A DNA stretch of 64,000 nucleotides, from assembly GCF_009914755.1 (NCBI RefSeq), contig NC_060936.1. One strand, written 5' to 3'. Made by a program: the position numbers and the translations under genes. The notes beneath the pieces were generated by a model. That model was not told the DNA's origin and made no database searches. It saw nothing but the letters and a program-made list of their open reading frames with translations. This stretch comes from the human T2T-CHM13v2.0 reference genome, Homo sapiens. Positions 42,135 through 60,449 of this stretch are shown here, piece after piece; within the stretch, counting starts at the first letter, position 1; every line of letters begins with the position of its first letter.

Positions 42135-44265
42135 TCTTCTCAGCAAAAAACTGAAGGGACTAGGCATGAATTTTCTCACATTTAAACTCAGAAACAAAGA
42201 TTTCTACATCCATATCTGTCCTCACCTCTTTTCCTCCAGGCTCTGAAAACAAGTGTTCCAAGTCATGGACCAAACTTTTAATTTCATTTCTCTGGCCATA
42301 ACCAGGACCAACACCAAGTCTCACTAGTTATTTTCTTCCCTTTATCCTTTCAAATCTCTCCCAAAACATACTCCATAGTGTATGTGCAGGCGTAAAGCCT
42401 TTCTTTTATTAAAAAAGCATGAAAAACTATTCCTTCTGCTACTCCATACTGCCCCTCCATACCATTTCGTTCAGGGAAAGGAGGTCAAGTATCAAAAAGT
42501 GTTCAATTTCCTTTCCATTCCAAGGAGTGGGGCTCGGTGTGGGAACTGTATTTGTGCTAATCTGGACTAAGCCCTTATCTGCCTCTGTCTTCTGGAGGAA
42601 AGACAAGATTTCCTACCACTCTTTCATCCTTGACCTGGAATTGTTTTTTCATCATATAGACTATTTTATGGCAAAATTCTTCCAAATATTACAAGATTCC
42701 CAACTTCAACTTGACATTTAGAAGGTGGCACAAAACTTTAAATATCCTGGGGAATCTGCTAATTGACCTTTTACAGAGAGCATGTATTATAACGACAGCT
42801 TTAACAATGGCATTTTTAAAAAGGAACAACTTCTAGGAATGGCTATTACATTTTTCACTCAAGATTTGCTCTTTAAGCCTTTCTTGAACGTGGCCTGATG
42901 AATTTCGGTAAGGTTTTCTAAATATAAAAACTGAGAATTTAAATACATTGGCACAAAGTCAATGCTCATAAGAATACTCTAAGCATAGACTAAAATCTTT
43001 TCTTTTGGTCTATTTTGGTGAAAAGCAGATATTAAGCCTATTTGTCCCCTTCCACAGTGTGACCTGGACTAAGGTCTAAATTCTAGACTTCAAAGTTTTC
43101 TATCTCAAGAGCACACATTGTCTAACAATCCACCCAGTTCTAAGATTGTACATGAAAGAAAAAGACAGAAATACCTATGATCTAACCCTAAATTCACACA
43201 AACCTTAACAGTGTAAAAACCTATTAGAATGCTGCAACTTCTCACAAACATTTACTCTTACATACTAATTTCAAGGGCAGAAATTATAGGTATGCTCTAC
43301 ATTAAGAAACTTTACATTTATAAGAGAAATGAATATGAAGATATTTACATAAGGACTATGCTTTATAAAAGGAATTGCGGAATGAATTAAATAAAATGGA
43401 GTTCTCCTTATTGATACACAGTTTAAATTTCAGGCTAATCCACATTTAGTAAAGCTGATGGAGATGGCCCTCATTGTAACATACAATGCTCTTTACTGAC
43501 TGGTAAGCAAAATAGATTCTGAGCACCCAAGGGATAAGGCCATGCTTACCAACTCTGTATCTGTAGAACAGCATGCAGCCCCCTGCAGGGTGGATCACCA
43601 ATATATATTTATTGAATTAACCAATGCACAACAGCTCTAGAAATCAAGGCATTCTTGTAGGTTCATATGCTAGTTTGTACTTGGTTTATGGAAAATAATT
43701 TTAGGGGGTAGATGAATTGACGTAAATATATTAGTCATTTTCAGAATGAAATAAAAAGAAGGCAAAACCAATTGTCAAAGGGTATTTTAAGCTGAGCCTG
43801 GTTTTTAAATTGCCACGTGGTGAAAGCCACAAATATTTGATTAACACCCAAAATGGAATTGGTTAGTAATTTTGATAACTCACTTTCAGAAAGCAACAAC
43901 AGCAGCAAGGGCCAGTTTCGTTGAGGCCCACACAGAAAAGCCAGAGAAAGAAAGAGCTCTCTTTGAAATCACAGCCTGCAAAATTTCATAGTAAAAGGAC
44001 ATTACAATATTTAGAGAGTTTGTAGTAAATAAGTGTGCCTGGAATTCAGACTATTTTTCTCAATTGTAGACACCTTTCCCTTGGGGAAATTAGACAATAG
44101 CCAATGATGCTCCTCTACTGTGGGATGTGAGTGCTGGGGGAACTGAATGCAGATATATTAGAAACTCAAATAGAGGAAATTAGAGTCCAGGCAAGTACAG
44201 TTAGAACCAAATGGTTCTTTTCTTACTAGCTGCAGAGAAGAAATATTTAACTTTTCAATCTCTAG

Positions 44266-46386
<2,121 letters not shown>

Positions 46387-46962
46387 AGAAAGGGAGAAAA
46401 TCTCTGACTTTTCAGAAAGGGGAAAAGTAAGTATTCATATATTTAGAACAAAACTGGCTCTAAAACCTAAAAATGCTTCCAATTAAAGTAAAAAAGAGCA
46501 GGACAAAAGGCTGCTTAGTGTCTAAGGAAGAGAAAGGATGGCCTATTTTCATTCAATCAATCGTTTATATGTTTCACGTGGCACCCAGGGTCTTGGCCAA
46601 ATGTGCTCTCAGCTCAGAAAATCTTTTAAAAATTGATTTGAGTTAATTTAGAACATTTTTAGTTTCTACTCTGTGAAGCTGGGTGTGAACTCAGCCCTCT
46701 GCAAAACGGTCCATTTGTTTTTAAGTATGTCTCATTAAACTCAATGAGATGGAGCACTAAGAACAGTGTTTGATCTTAAAATGCCTGTCTCTAGAATGCC
46801 CTAAATTTCAGAAAATCAATGGTGGCAAACACAGATGTAGGAATGATCCATGGCCACAGGTCCAATTTCATTTTCTGCAGGTAATTGTGCTCACTCACTC
46901 CTTCTTTATGCATGAATTGACACCTATTTTGTGCAATAATGTCACTCTCTTTCCCCTAACAG

Positions 46963-47208
46963 CTATTCCCAAACTTCCATACTCTACTATCCCCTTCCTC
47001 ACTGCTCTCACCAGCTTCAGCAGGTGACTTGGAATCTGGTTTACCAGAGAACACCGCCACTACCAGTCGGGACAGCGACTCCATGCCTTGCTTGGAGCCT
47101 CGTGAAGGACAGATTCCTATATCAGTACTGAAAACAACTCTGGAACACCTGCCTTCTTTCCCTGCCAGAGCATAGATGTCGGTTGATTTCCTCTCCCTGT
47201 TTAACCAT
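46963..47208 (+). other. Candidate 246-nt exon, probably non-coding
   Basis: ctctctttcccctaacAG acceptor; cat|GTGAGT donor; stops in all three frames. Confidence 0.3.
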
Positions 47209-47891
47209 GTGAGTAGGAAACTCATGAGAATAAAAAAAAATCTTAGACACGTGAGTAAATAGTTGGAAACAAGTTTAAAAGGCTAGGGGCCTACTGGTAC
47301 TAATTTCATGAAGCAAATTATCCTCTCCACTCTATTAAAGCTGCTCTCCCAGAGATTGCTGGTGGTTGTCTCATGGGTAACTCGGAGCACTTTTCCAACA
47401 TACTATTATCATTTGGTGATAAGATTTTCTAAAAATTTTCCCTCTTTCCTACAATGTTCTCATCCCTTGTGCTGCTTGACACTATTCCCTTTGTTTCTCC
47501 CACCTCTCAGATAGTGGCATCTTCATCTTTTCTTTCTCCTTTGCTTCTGTTCTGGGCCATCTACTTTCATTGCTTTGCTGGGAAATATCAACTTTACATG
47601 ACCATTGCTATAACCAATACACTGAGCCCCCATGACCTCTTTCTTTCCTTTGTTTCTCTTCTCTAAGTGCCAGAACTACACTTCCAATTGCCCAGTTATC
47701 TGGATGTTTTCCAAGTGTCTCAAACTCAACAACCTAAAGCTCAATCTTTGGCTTTCTTGCCAAACCTATTGTTCCTTTTGTGTCTCCCAATCTAAAAACC
47801 TGAGCATGATTGCAGAACATTCATATTTAAATAGCTACCAGTTCTATCAATTCTATGTCTCAAGCATGTATAGTTCCTGTACTCTCCATTC

Positions 47892-48383
<492 letters not shown>

Positions 48384-49789
48384 TAGCCAGTCCAAAGAGA
48401 CTGCAGGATTTAGAATATGACATGCTCTCATGCTTTTCCTCATATTGTTTTCTCTGGATGTTACTTTCCACCTTATCTTTCCTATACTTCCTTTGCTTCA
48501 AGACTCATGTTCCTCTATGCAACTTCCTGACCCCAGCAGAATCAGAGGCATCACTATACTGTCAGAGTATCACAAAACGCTCATATTATTATCATGCATT
48601 CCATGATTTCTTAACAGCTTCATGCTGTGTTTGCTTTCCCTTACTGCATTGTGACCTTCTCAAGACCCTGTACAGCTTTTATTCCTAGAGATTTCCATGT
48701 TGCCTGATACATAAGTGCTCAATAAATACCTGTTGAGTAAGTAATGAGATGAATGAATGTCACTTATATTGATAGAAGATTTGGTAGTTCCCTTTCTCTG
48801 TAGTTCCATCAGACACCTCGTTCTCCATTTCAGTCCATGAAGATAACAAGATTGAAGCTTGAATCACACCATGAATTGTTCCTTACAATTCACGGCTCTC
48901 AGACCAAATCCATACATGACCATCTGGAACTCTGTAAAAGAGTCATATTTCTCACCTCTTCCCCTTACACGTTGAGGCTAAGATTCAACTGACTCCTGAG
49001 TTAGATGCAAAAAATTTTATAGTAGTGAGGTCTACTGTTTAAAAGCAACCAGGCTCCTGCCCAGATTGAGCATTTGGCTCTAGCACTGTTAAAGGCAGCA
49101 ATTTAGCCTAGTAGCCAGAATGGTTTTTCTTTGCTTTTGCGATTTAACATATATTGGTATTTTAGGCCGGAATTTCTAGCAACTGATTGTCTAATCCTTT
49201 TAATGAATTATTGGGTTGGTTCTTGCATTTCATCTGAACAAAATGCACCAATGAACTCTCTAATGGAGAAGGAAGAAAAAGAGAGCTGTATTTGCCAAAT
49301 CTGTCAACTCCAGTGGGGGTTAAGTGTTTTTCTGTTACACTGAATGAATGTTTGATCAACATAGTTAAAAACCTCAATTGTAATTTTGCATGTGTAAGAT
49401 AACATGTATATAAATGTATATCTATATACATATACATATGTGTATATAGGTAAATAAATGTGTGCATAATATATATACATACATGTATAAATAACTTTTT
49501 CAGTCTTGATACTTTTCAGAGTAAAATCAGATTTGCATATAATTTGTATATAATCAACACATACAAATATAATCTAATTAGTGTGCAACATGCTTTTTTC
49601 AGAGAAAAAAACAGTAACTAATCTTCTCTGGTGACAATATACATTATTCATTATTGAAGAGACAGAATAGAAAAATTAGAAGGAATACTTAAGAGACTGA
49701 AATTCTTATGTTTGCAAACAGACCAAGTAAGTCGACTAGTATTTGTAGCTATGAAGATTTTTGAGGGTGAATTTTATCATGAGCCTTAT

Positions 49790-50000
49790 TGTGCTAATAT
49801 CACAGACAGTTTACCATGCAAAGAGGCTATACTAAATAATTACATGTTCTCATTTAATTCTTACATTGGCATCATGAGGGAGGCTTTTTATTTCCCTTTT
49901 TACAGAAAAACCTCAGATTTACAGAGGTTCAACTACCTAAGCAAGGTCACATAACTGAAATGTGGCAGAGCTGGGGTTCCAACCTAAGGATGTTGACTTC
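49790..50000. mobile_element. MIR
   Basis: tttacaga...agaggtt...caaggtcaca...ggcagagctgggg. Confidence 0.75.
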
Positions 50001-50477
50001 CAATGTTCAGATTTTTACAGGAAGTTTATTTAAAGGAAAGCAGGCTGAACAATATAAAGAAAATAAGCTAAAACTAAAAGTAGAAGACCAGATTAGAAAT
50101 ACAGAAAGTACTTTAACATATATTGTACCATCTGGTCTTTTCCGGTATCCTGGTGCAGTATGCAGGAGCATTCCTGTTTCACAGATGAAGAAAACAAAGC
50201 TTGGAAAGCTAAGAGACTTGCTCATGTCTCTAATAAAGGTTCTCTGACTTCAAATCAGATATTTTTTCTACTCAGCCTTTAGTTTGTTGAAATGTAAAGT
50301 TATGCCATTGAGAAAACTGATCAGCATAGTGACTAACATGTGACACTCTGATAGATTTGGAAACTTGTATTGTCTTGTGAAGATACAGTAGGAGGCAATG
50401 GTTACACTCCCCAGTAAAATGGAGGCAGAAAGTTCTACGTGGAAAAGTGGTGATCACTCACTATAGCACATATTTTT

Positions 50478-51075
50478 AAAAATTTTTTACTGAGATAAAA
50501 TTCATATAAAATTTACCATTTTAACAATGTTAAAGCTTGCAGTTTAGTAAATTTCAATAATTCAGAGTTCTACAAGCATCACCACTATCCAATTCCGGAA
50601 CATTTTCATTGCTCAAGAATAAATCCTTTACTTCCCAATTCCCACTTTTCATCACCCCCTGGCAACCACGAATCTACTCTTTGTCTCTATGGATTTGCTA
50701 TTCTGGACATTTTATATCAATGTAATTATACAATGTGCTCTGTTGTTTCTGGCCTCTTTCACCCAGCATGTTTTTGTGGTTCAGCCATATTATAGCATTT
50801 GTCAGTAGTTCATGTTTTTTACAGTTATACAATATTCCACTGTAGGATATATCACACTTCATGTATCTATTTGTCAGCTGATGGGGTATTTGGGTTATTT
50901 CTACGTTTTTTCGCTGTTTTATAAAAAAAACTGTTGCTATGAACATTTGTGTAGAAGATTTTGAGTAGATACGTGCTTTCAGTTCTCTTGGGTATATGCC
51001 CAAGGGTGGAATTGCTGGGTCATATAACTATACATATGATATTTATATTAACTTTCTGAAAAACTGACAGACTCG
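50478..51075 (-). mobile_element. L1MB 3' end
   Basis: Minus ORF relic GIYPRELKA...TQMFIA; ggcaaccacgaatctact. Confidence 0.85.
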
Positions 51076-54000
51076 TTTGTGCACACTTTTTCGTACTTGA
51101 TCTTTGACCAATGATACTGGTACAGAATGAGTCAGGTTTTCCAAATCAGTGCTAGAAATTGTTAATTGAAGAATTTTATCATTTTTAATGGGCATCACCA
51201 AAGGAGAAGATGTTTTCTAAGACAAGCCTATCTGTCATTAATACTTCTTACAGTAGTGATCCAGCCAGCAGAATGAAAATTTTATATGGCCTTTTGCAGA
51301 AAGAATAATAGGGAATCTTGGCCCCAAATAAATCAGCAAATACATTGTGAAAGATATAAATAATGTTCACCAATATCTACTTGCCCTCCATTTCAAGGTA
51401 GATAGAGAATTATAATACAATTCCTTATATGAAGTTAGGGGTAGCCAAGTGACTAGATGTGGCCATACAATGAGAGTATGAAATAATATTTGTAGGCCAA
51501 AGCATTTATTGCTAGTGCTCAACTCTCCAGCTCTATGCTTCACCTCTGTGATAAATCTTGAAGCCTTGAAGTGAGAGGTGGCATCCCAGAATGGTGGAGG
51601 CTCTATTACTTTGGATATCTGAGATATAAGCAGAGTTGTTTGTTGCTTTAAACCACAAAGATTTTGTTATTGTTTTTTAATATTAGTAATGCCTATCCTA
51701 TCCTGGCTGCTATACCAGCTCAACTTATTTCTATATCATCCTGGTTCTGAGCTATAGTATATGATTACTGGCACATGTCTTAAGTTATCAGTATGCTTTT
51801 TTCCCCCCAAAGCATTACAAACTGATCATTATATTGGTGACACACTCCACACGTAGGTCATAGAGCTTTACCAAAAAGGATAAATAAAAATAAGGTAAGA
51901 ACACAGTTTTGCTTGGGGCTCATCATTACTGTCTGAAAACTCCTTTACATAAGCCTTACTTTCTCTCTTCATATTTGTATAAACATTGATGTGTCCCTAA
52001 AAAGCTGTGCAACACACATGCCTCCTTCCAATATAGTTAACTAGTTGTGTTACCTGATAACAGGTGCTGATTTCTAAATAGTACTCCTAACACTAGCTTT
52101 TCTACTTATTGAGAACTTTTAAAAATTTCAAGGCATAGGGTAGATAGACAGTCCTTTAACTTCACAGTTTAGGGTCATAGTAACAGCTATGGAGTCAAAG
52201 TTTAATGTAAGCACTGCACTGAGGTACATATTCTTTAATTAGAATTGTACTATTTTAAAATGTAACGATAAAGTTCTTATACTAAGAGGCTCATAAATAT
52301 CCTTCCATACCTAGTAGCATACCCATAAATATTCCCTAATTTTTAGTATAAACTTTTCAGAGTTCGAAAATAAAAGTTCAAAAGCAACTCAGTGTTCTTT
52401 TTAGAAAAGAAAGCATTCATAACATATAAAATATAAATAATTAATCAAGAAAGTGAGGTATCTGTGACTAAAGTGTTTTGTATTTAGTATCCATGAAGAT
52501 CAAACTCATTTAAACACAACTGGATTTATAGTCATACACTCAGCTTTCAATGCTACTTCAAGTGGACTGAAAGAAGCAAGTGGGGTCTCTACTCAACTCA
52601 GTCTGAGCTTTTCATGGATTTTGGAAATTATATTCTTCCCTCATCTGACAAATTAAAATAAAGATAAAGAAATACCTAAAGAAAGAAAAATTTACTTAGT
52701 TTCTTAAGTAGTTAATTTTTGCTTGAAATATTACAAGGATTCTGTCTCCAACAGAATACGCTTTAGAAATACTCATTTTTAGATCAATTGAATTTAAGAG
52801 ACTATGCAGTTTTTAATATGGACTAATGGAAATTCATGACTTTTAAAATAAAAAGAAAAATTAAAGTGACCACTTGATAAAGTTAAAAATAATTTATAAG
52901 TTATAAATTTAGAAATAAGAACTTTTATCCAAAACTAATTACTTTTTACTGTTTGGGGTATCACAACTTGAAATTTGAATATCTAGTATCTGCATTCTTT
53001 GTGATGGGCAGTCACGTTGCCTTTAATATATTTTCTTTATGTTGATATAAAATATAGGTTAGGTTATTTTAAAGTGAGCACTCTATATTTTTTCTGCATC
53101 TGAGGAAATACTTCTTAAAATTGACTCTCTTTTTGGGACCCATTTGTGCTATTTTGCTTCAGTAATTAATGATTCTGTATCTGTTACCCAAGTATCTTCC
53201 TATGCACCAAGAAAGAACCTTGGTAACCAAATCTGTTTTACATTTTTTGTCAAACACTATAACACTTGGCATTAGGCTTATCATATTATAAGTGTTTCAA
53301 ACAGGGACAACATAATCAAAGGAAGAAACACATTTTAACTTACAGTGCTTTCCTTCTCAGTTCTTGCATAGTTGGTTAGAAGGTTTTCTGATTTTCATGA
53401 AAAACTATATGTGTGAATGTGGAGGACAAAGTGAGTTTTTACTGAAGGGTGAAAGAAACAATCAGCCCCTGGAGCCCCAGAATGACATTTGGTTGGAAGT
53501 TGTGTTGTGTGACACAGACGAAATGAGATAGCTTGAAGGCATCCCCCTAGATAGCATCATGTCCTCTGATGCCAGCAACTCTGTGTAATCATTTGCTCTC
53601 ACAACTAGACCCTACTGTACTGACAAAATTTCATAAAATTAAATCAAGGTGAATGAAACCAATAGGAATTAGGGAAGTGGTGTTGGGGTGGGTCAAAATA
53701 CCAATGTTAGCACACAGTGGTCCTTTTCTTCAAGGAAAATTCAGGTTCACATGGATAATTCATCTCACTAACTAAAGGAGGAGGCTTAGAAAAGAACAGC
53801 TTTCAAAATGGACTTCATTTTCTCATATGATTGTACAGATATACTCCAATTTGCCTAAAGGGTATTACTTTGTAAGTGCTCATCTGTATTTGCTTCTTGT
53901 CTTCAATGATTTTTCTCATGTTCATCTACCTGTGTAACAGAGGCCTTAAAAACAATTGCCCAAACAAAACAAAATAAAATCAACAATTCATCTTAGAATA

Positions 54001-54325
54001 TTCAACTATGCTCACATTCAGAACCATATAGATAAGATCATTGTTCTGCTCTAGAAAAACCAAGGTGGTGAATACTTTAAAGTATATCAACATAGGTATT
54101 TTATAGGTATTATTCACCTTTGACCATAAGGAATTACTGTCCACTCCCAAAGGGTACATTACACCCTCCCTTGGACAATAGGAGCATCACATTTTAATTG
54201 GTAAATTTCAAAATGAAGAGGGTAGTGGTTAAGGGCTGAATTCTAGAGAAAGATCTTTCTCAGTTAAAGCATGGTTCTGCTGTCCGCTAAACCATATGAT
54301 CTTCTAAAATTCACTTAACTTCTTC

Positions 54326-54617
54326 ATTTTTATTTTTAGACAGCATCTCACTCTGTCACCCAGGGTGGGTGCAGTGGTGCAATCTCAGGTTACTTCAACT
54401 TCTGCCTTCCAGGCTCAAGTGTTCCTCCTGCCTCAGCCTCCTGAGTAGCTGAGTCTACAGGCACATACCAACATGTGTGGCTAATTTTTTGTATTTTTGG
54501 AGAAATGGGATTTTGCCACGTTGCCCAGGCTGCTCTTGAACTCCTAGGCTCAAAAGATCCACTGGCCTCGGCCTCCTAAAATGCTGGGATTATAGGCATG
54601 AGCCACAATGCCCAGCC
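54326..54617 (-). mobile_element. AluJ inserted in a MIR
   Basis: AluJ diagnostics; TSD tcacttaa. Confidence 0.9.
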
Positions 54618-55119
54618 TCACTTAATTTGTTTAAGCCTCAGTGTCACTGGTAAAATGGGGAAAATAATAGCATCTATCTCAGTCTTTCTGAAGGATAAAA
54701 GAGAATCCATGCAAAGCTCTTAGTAAAGTGATCCACACAATGTTAACTATATAATAAATGGCAGATACTGTGACCATTCTTTTTGAAAAGATAAGGAAAT
54801 CACTCATTTGTTCAGATCACTCATTTTGAACAAACACAACAAAAGGTAGCTGTTTCACTGGTTTCAAAGGCCAAGGAAACAGGACAAATGAAAGAGATAT
54901 TAATGATTCCTTTTACTTTGCAAAGCTAGAGTTAAATATTTAAGACAACCACATTTCTTGTCACCTGCAAAGTTGACTTTAGACTTCTAATGAGCACAGA
55001 GAGAACTAAATCGTGAAAGTAGGTGAATCCCTATTTGGTCCATTGATTTGTACTTCCTGCTGTCAAGCAGAACCACTCATAAATGTCTCATAAAATTAAC
55101 ATATCCCCTAGCTGTACTG

Positions 55120-55650
55120 TTGTAGCAAAGATTGCTAGTGGCCTATCCCTACATTCATTCCTTCCCTCCTCCTTTTTAAGAGAAATGTGATTCCTAACTG
55201 GGCACATTGTGGCTCCACCTCCCTCCTCCCGACTGCTAGACAAAAGAATACATTTCCCAGTTCACATTACAACTAGATATGGCCAAGGGATTAATTCTGT
55301 CCAATGAGAAGTATTGCATGGGATTTCAGGAAGACTTCAAAGGGAGCTGATTCAGCTGGGAAGAGCTGCTCTTTCTGCCTTTCCTTCTGGCTTGCTTCAC
55401 AGGAATGCTATGCTGGTAGAACTCCTGCAGCCACCCTGGCCCATGTGGTGAACTTATGAAAGACATTTGTATGGGTACAGTAAAAGGATAGGAGCCTGGA
55501 TGCCTGATGATACTAGATGTAGCACATTGGTCCCCAACTCCTTACCCTTGAGTTTATTTCACATGACAGAGAGAGAGAAAGACTTCTTCCTTGCTTAAGC
55601 CACTGTTATTTTGGGTTCTTCTGTAATATACAGCCTACCATGATTCCAAG
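55120..55650 (+). mobile_element. Old ERVL LTR (LTR16/LTR33-like)
   Basis: tgtagca start; tacatttcccag; ttaagccactgttattttggg. Confidence 0.55.
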
Positions 55651-55929
55651 TGGTACAAGTATTTTTTTCAAATGCTTAAAAAATATTTTGGCTTATTTTT
55701 GAATATATTCTGAAAAAGCAAGTCTACCCAAGTCTCCAACATCTCTCTAAATATATACTTGTGTACGGGTTCAAAATGTAAATAAAAACCTAAGATATTT
55801 CCTACTTCTGATGAGAGGCTATATCTCATGCTTTGTTTCCTTAACACCTGGCACAAATGCAGTACCTGGTGCATGGTTAGCATTCAGTAATGTGTGCCAA
55901 ATGAAAGAATGAAAAGTGGGAAAGTCAAA

Positions 55930-57072
55930 GCTCTGAAAACCCTGGAAGACAACCTAGGCAATACCATCCTGGACCTAAGAACAGGTAAAGATTTCATGAC
56001 AAAGATACCAAAACCAATTGCAACAAAAACAAAAATTGACAGGTGGGATCTAATTAAACCTAAAAGCTTGCACACAGCAAAAGAAACTATCAACAGAGTA
56101 AACAGACAACCTACAGAATGTGAAAAAACATTTACAAACTATGCATCTGACAAAGGTCTAATATCCAGCATTTATAAGGAACTTAGCAAATTTACAAAAG
56201 AAAAACAACCCCATTAAAAAGTGGACAAAGGACATGAACAGACACCTCTCAAAAGATGACATACGTGCAGCCAAGGAGCATATGAAAAAAATTCCATATC
56301 ACTAATCATTAGAGAAATGCAAATCAAAACCACAATGAGAAACCATCTCACACCAGTCAGAATGGCTATTATTAAAAAGTTAAAAAATAACAGATGCTGG
56401 TGAGGTTGTGGAGAAAAGGGAATGCTAATATACTGTTGGTAGGAGTGTAAACTAATTCACCCATTGTGGAAAGCAGTATGGCAATTCCTCAAAGAGCTAA
56501 AAGCAGAACTACCATTTGACCCAGCTCCCATTTCTAGGTATATATGCAGAGGAATGTAAAGCATTCTACCATAAAGACACATGCATGGGAATGTTCATTG
56601 TACCACTATCCACAATAGCAAAGACATGGACTCAACATAAATGCCCTTCAATGAAAGACTGGATAAAGAAAATGTGGTACATATACACCAGGGAATATTA
56701 TGCATCCATAAAAAAGGACGAGATCACATCTTTTGCAGGAACATGGATGGAGCTGGAGGCTATCATCCTTAGCAAACTAACACAGGAACAGAAAACCAAA
56801 TACCACATGGTCTCACTTATAAGTGGGAGCTAAATGATAAGAACTTATGAACACAAAGAAGGAAACAACAGACACTGGGGTCTACTTGAGCAGGGAGGGT
56901 GGGAGGAGGGAGAGGAACAGAAAAGATAACTATTGGGTACTGAGCTTAATACCTGGGAGATGTAATAATATGTACAACAAGCCCCTGTGACATGTTTGTC
57001 TATATAACAAACCTTCACATGTACCACAAAACCTAAAATAAAGATTTTAAAAAAAATTCAAAAAAAGAAAAA
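55930..57072 (+). mobile_element. 5'-truncated older L1PA (about PA11-13)
   Basis: Broken ORF2 (55894-56217, 56516-56833); 3'UTR; A tail; aagtgggaaag flanks. Confidence 0.9.
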
Positions 57073-58769
57073 CAAGTGGGAAAGAGTCCCTAACAGTATC
57101 TGTATATATATGATTGCAAATTGGTAATGCTGATTCTCCCAGTGACTCAATGTGCATTGGTGAATGCAGCATTTAGCGAGCACACTGGTTCCTCCAAGTT
57201 ACTTGGACAGCATGAAAGGTGACCTAAAAGTCTCAGAGTTAATGCTTCATCCCATTAATCTCACCCACTGAAGAATGGCTGACCCCTGCCTCTTATTTGT
57301 GAGACAGAAGCTCAGTAATGTCAAGGATGATGACTTTTCTAGCTTGTCAAGGTTGTTTTGCTTTGTGAGGCTGTTTATTGAGGTGCTCATGACTGCCTCT
57401 ATCTTAACTCAGTGCTTCTCTGACTGAGGTGGTAAATTGTTCCTTTGTGACTCTTCCTTATAGAGTAACTGAGCAGTTAAGCTTCTTTGTTTAGTGCTAC
57501 AATTTCTGTTGCTCCAATTTCTCTCTGACAGGATAATTACCAAGTTTGTCTCTCTTGGAATCTCATAGATTCATGTTTATTTGAGTTTCATTTATGTGTA
57601 GATTTCTTAGCCTTTTCTAGTATTTGTTCAATTTGTTGTCTCTGTCTTTTAAGGCTTTAATATTTCAAGGTCATAAAAATCCTACCTTACTTTTTGCATT
57701 ATATGGCTACTCCCTTCTTTTTTTTCTGGTGAGATTTCAAAGCTCTGTTGTTGTTTTTTAAAATACTCTTTCAGGGTAATATTGTTTCTTCTTCTGTTTT
57801 TGTTATTAGTGTATATAATTTTACTTTAATCCTATGGTTTAAAATCTATGGATTCTGTGTCTTTCCTCATTTTTCTTGAAAAGGCAACTCAAATTGTAGT
57901 TAAGCTCTCTCTTTCTTCTGCACACATGCTATCCCTCTTTCTGCAATGTCATGTTCCCTGCTTTGGCCTGCTTGACTCCAACCAACTCCTTTCTCCTCAG
58001 CCTTGGGAAGCCTTCCACAATAATAAAGGAGTCAGTGGATTTGTCCATAAGTAGCTACTGGAACCAAAAAGGAGTTAGTACTTTAATGCATAATTAGATG
58101 AGTGAGTTTTAAAAATTATGAGTTTTTCTATTGTATTGATATATTTTTCAACAATCTAGGTATTAAGTAAAATAAGGCAGCCTCCGGATATTAAAAAGAT
58201 AAATATAAAGAAAGTATAGCATTAACTCCTCTTGTAATTGCTCTGCAGTTGAACTGAGCCATGGCACTCATTGTTAGTTTGCATAAGAAAAGAAGATCAC
58301 TTTAGTATACACTGAAATTCCAGCTATAACAAGCAATAATACTAACTTAGGATGCTTAGGTTTCTGAATTTTACTCTAGTCATATATAGCAAGCCAAAAC
58401 ATACACACTTAAGTTATATGAACATGAAAATAAAGTTAACAATAATTGTATCTGTGCCAACATTAGTATACGGTAATTGCCAAAAATTTACACATTCATT
58501 TATTGATATTTACTTATGTGTTTAGCTATAGCACAACACATAATTGTAAAACATATATGAATAAGGATGATAATATATTCTTGCCAAATTTGATTACACA
58601 GGCCAAGATTTGTTGTTTTAGGAAGTGAATAACTATATTCAATTTCAAATGTTTATTATATCACACGGAATTTTTGTGAAGATATCTATCGCCATAATAA
58701 TGTATCCATTTTACAATGATAAAAATGAAATATCAAGAAGAGCTGAATATTTAGGCCCCACAAAGTTAA

Positions 58770-59103
<334 letters not shown>

Positions 59104-60449
59104 TAAATATTTCATTTGTTTCCAAAATGGACAAATTAGAAAAACGCTACTCAGTTCTTCTTATGAAATAACTTTTCTGTTTGTGAAGACTAATGAGAAT
59201 GGATTTATGACATAAAAATCATATTAGGCTGAAGAAAAACAAAAGGAAGAATGAGAATTAAAAAATGCATTCTGACTCTTAACTGACAATAACTTTATAT
59301 ATTGATAATTATTAAAAATGAGCAGTGCACTTTTTTTAGTGTAAAGGTTAGTGATTTTATTAATCTATAAGCAAGATGGCCCTAATGTACAACACCATTT
59401 CAAAAATGTTTGGTCTAGGCTAAAATTACTGAAGGAGCAACATTATCATCCATGCTAAATGCCAAGGAGTAATAGGTTTCTACAGTAACTGTGAAATATG
59501 CAATTCAGATACACACATAGGAAAACACCAATTATGCTAGATACATCAAGAGAAAAGCAGCGGAATGAAGGATGGATTTGTATTATCAGCTGCTTAGCAA
59601 TATGGAATATTTAAGACATGCTGAGCTTTGAGTCATTGATCACTGCAAATTAAGTACTCCTACATGGTTTAAAAATAAGTTTTCAAAATTTATTTTCCAT
59701 CTATTTCCCTGTGTCAAGAATTTTTAAAAATGAGATTATTTTCCCTTGTGCTAAAATATAAATAATAGGCAATTGTGTGTATTTCTTTTCTACAAACTGA
59801 AACTTCTCTGAGGATGGGAACAATGTCTTATATATCTTTTATACCCTATCATCACAGAACAATGCAATGTTGGAAAATGTTATGGAATCATTTTCAGTTG
59901 CCGGGGATTTGTGGTTTAGAAAGGACTAAAACACAGGTGTGTGTGAGGCTGGGTAAGGTTAAGATGCATAAAGTGATTTCTAATTATCTAATACTGCTTG
60001 TTATGAGGTTTGTATAAAATAACTAGCATGGTAAATAACAGCATCTTGATCAGACATCCAGTCACATGAATCCGTGTTTTCAAACTGAGTCCATAAGGGA
60101 GAAATAAAGATGGACCCGTCTCTGGTATTGTTCTGAGAAATGCTGGTCAGATTTCCCTTTATGGGCCTAAAGTTGTCTAAACACTGCCACACAAATTATG
60201 ACTGTAATCAGTTGTAAGACTAAAATCCACATGTACTTTCTACAGTGTAACAAATGTAAAGTGCTTACAAAATTCCTGTGACAAATCTGTCAAGAAATTA
60301 CTGGTTTGCTTAGTGTTTTAGCATTGCTTAGAGAATAAAGAGGACTTGTTCATTGATCATGACTCACAGAAGATAACAAACCTGTGGCTGCCCATTGCTA
60401 GTACCAATCATTTTTTCTTGGAAGGTAACAAAAGGTTAGAATATCTAGG

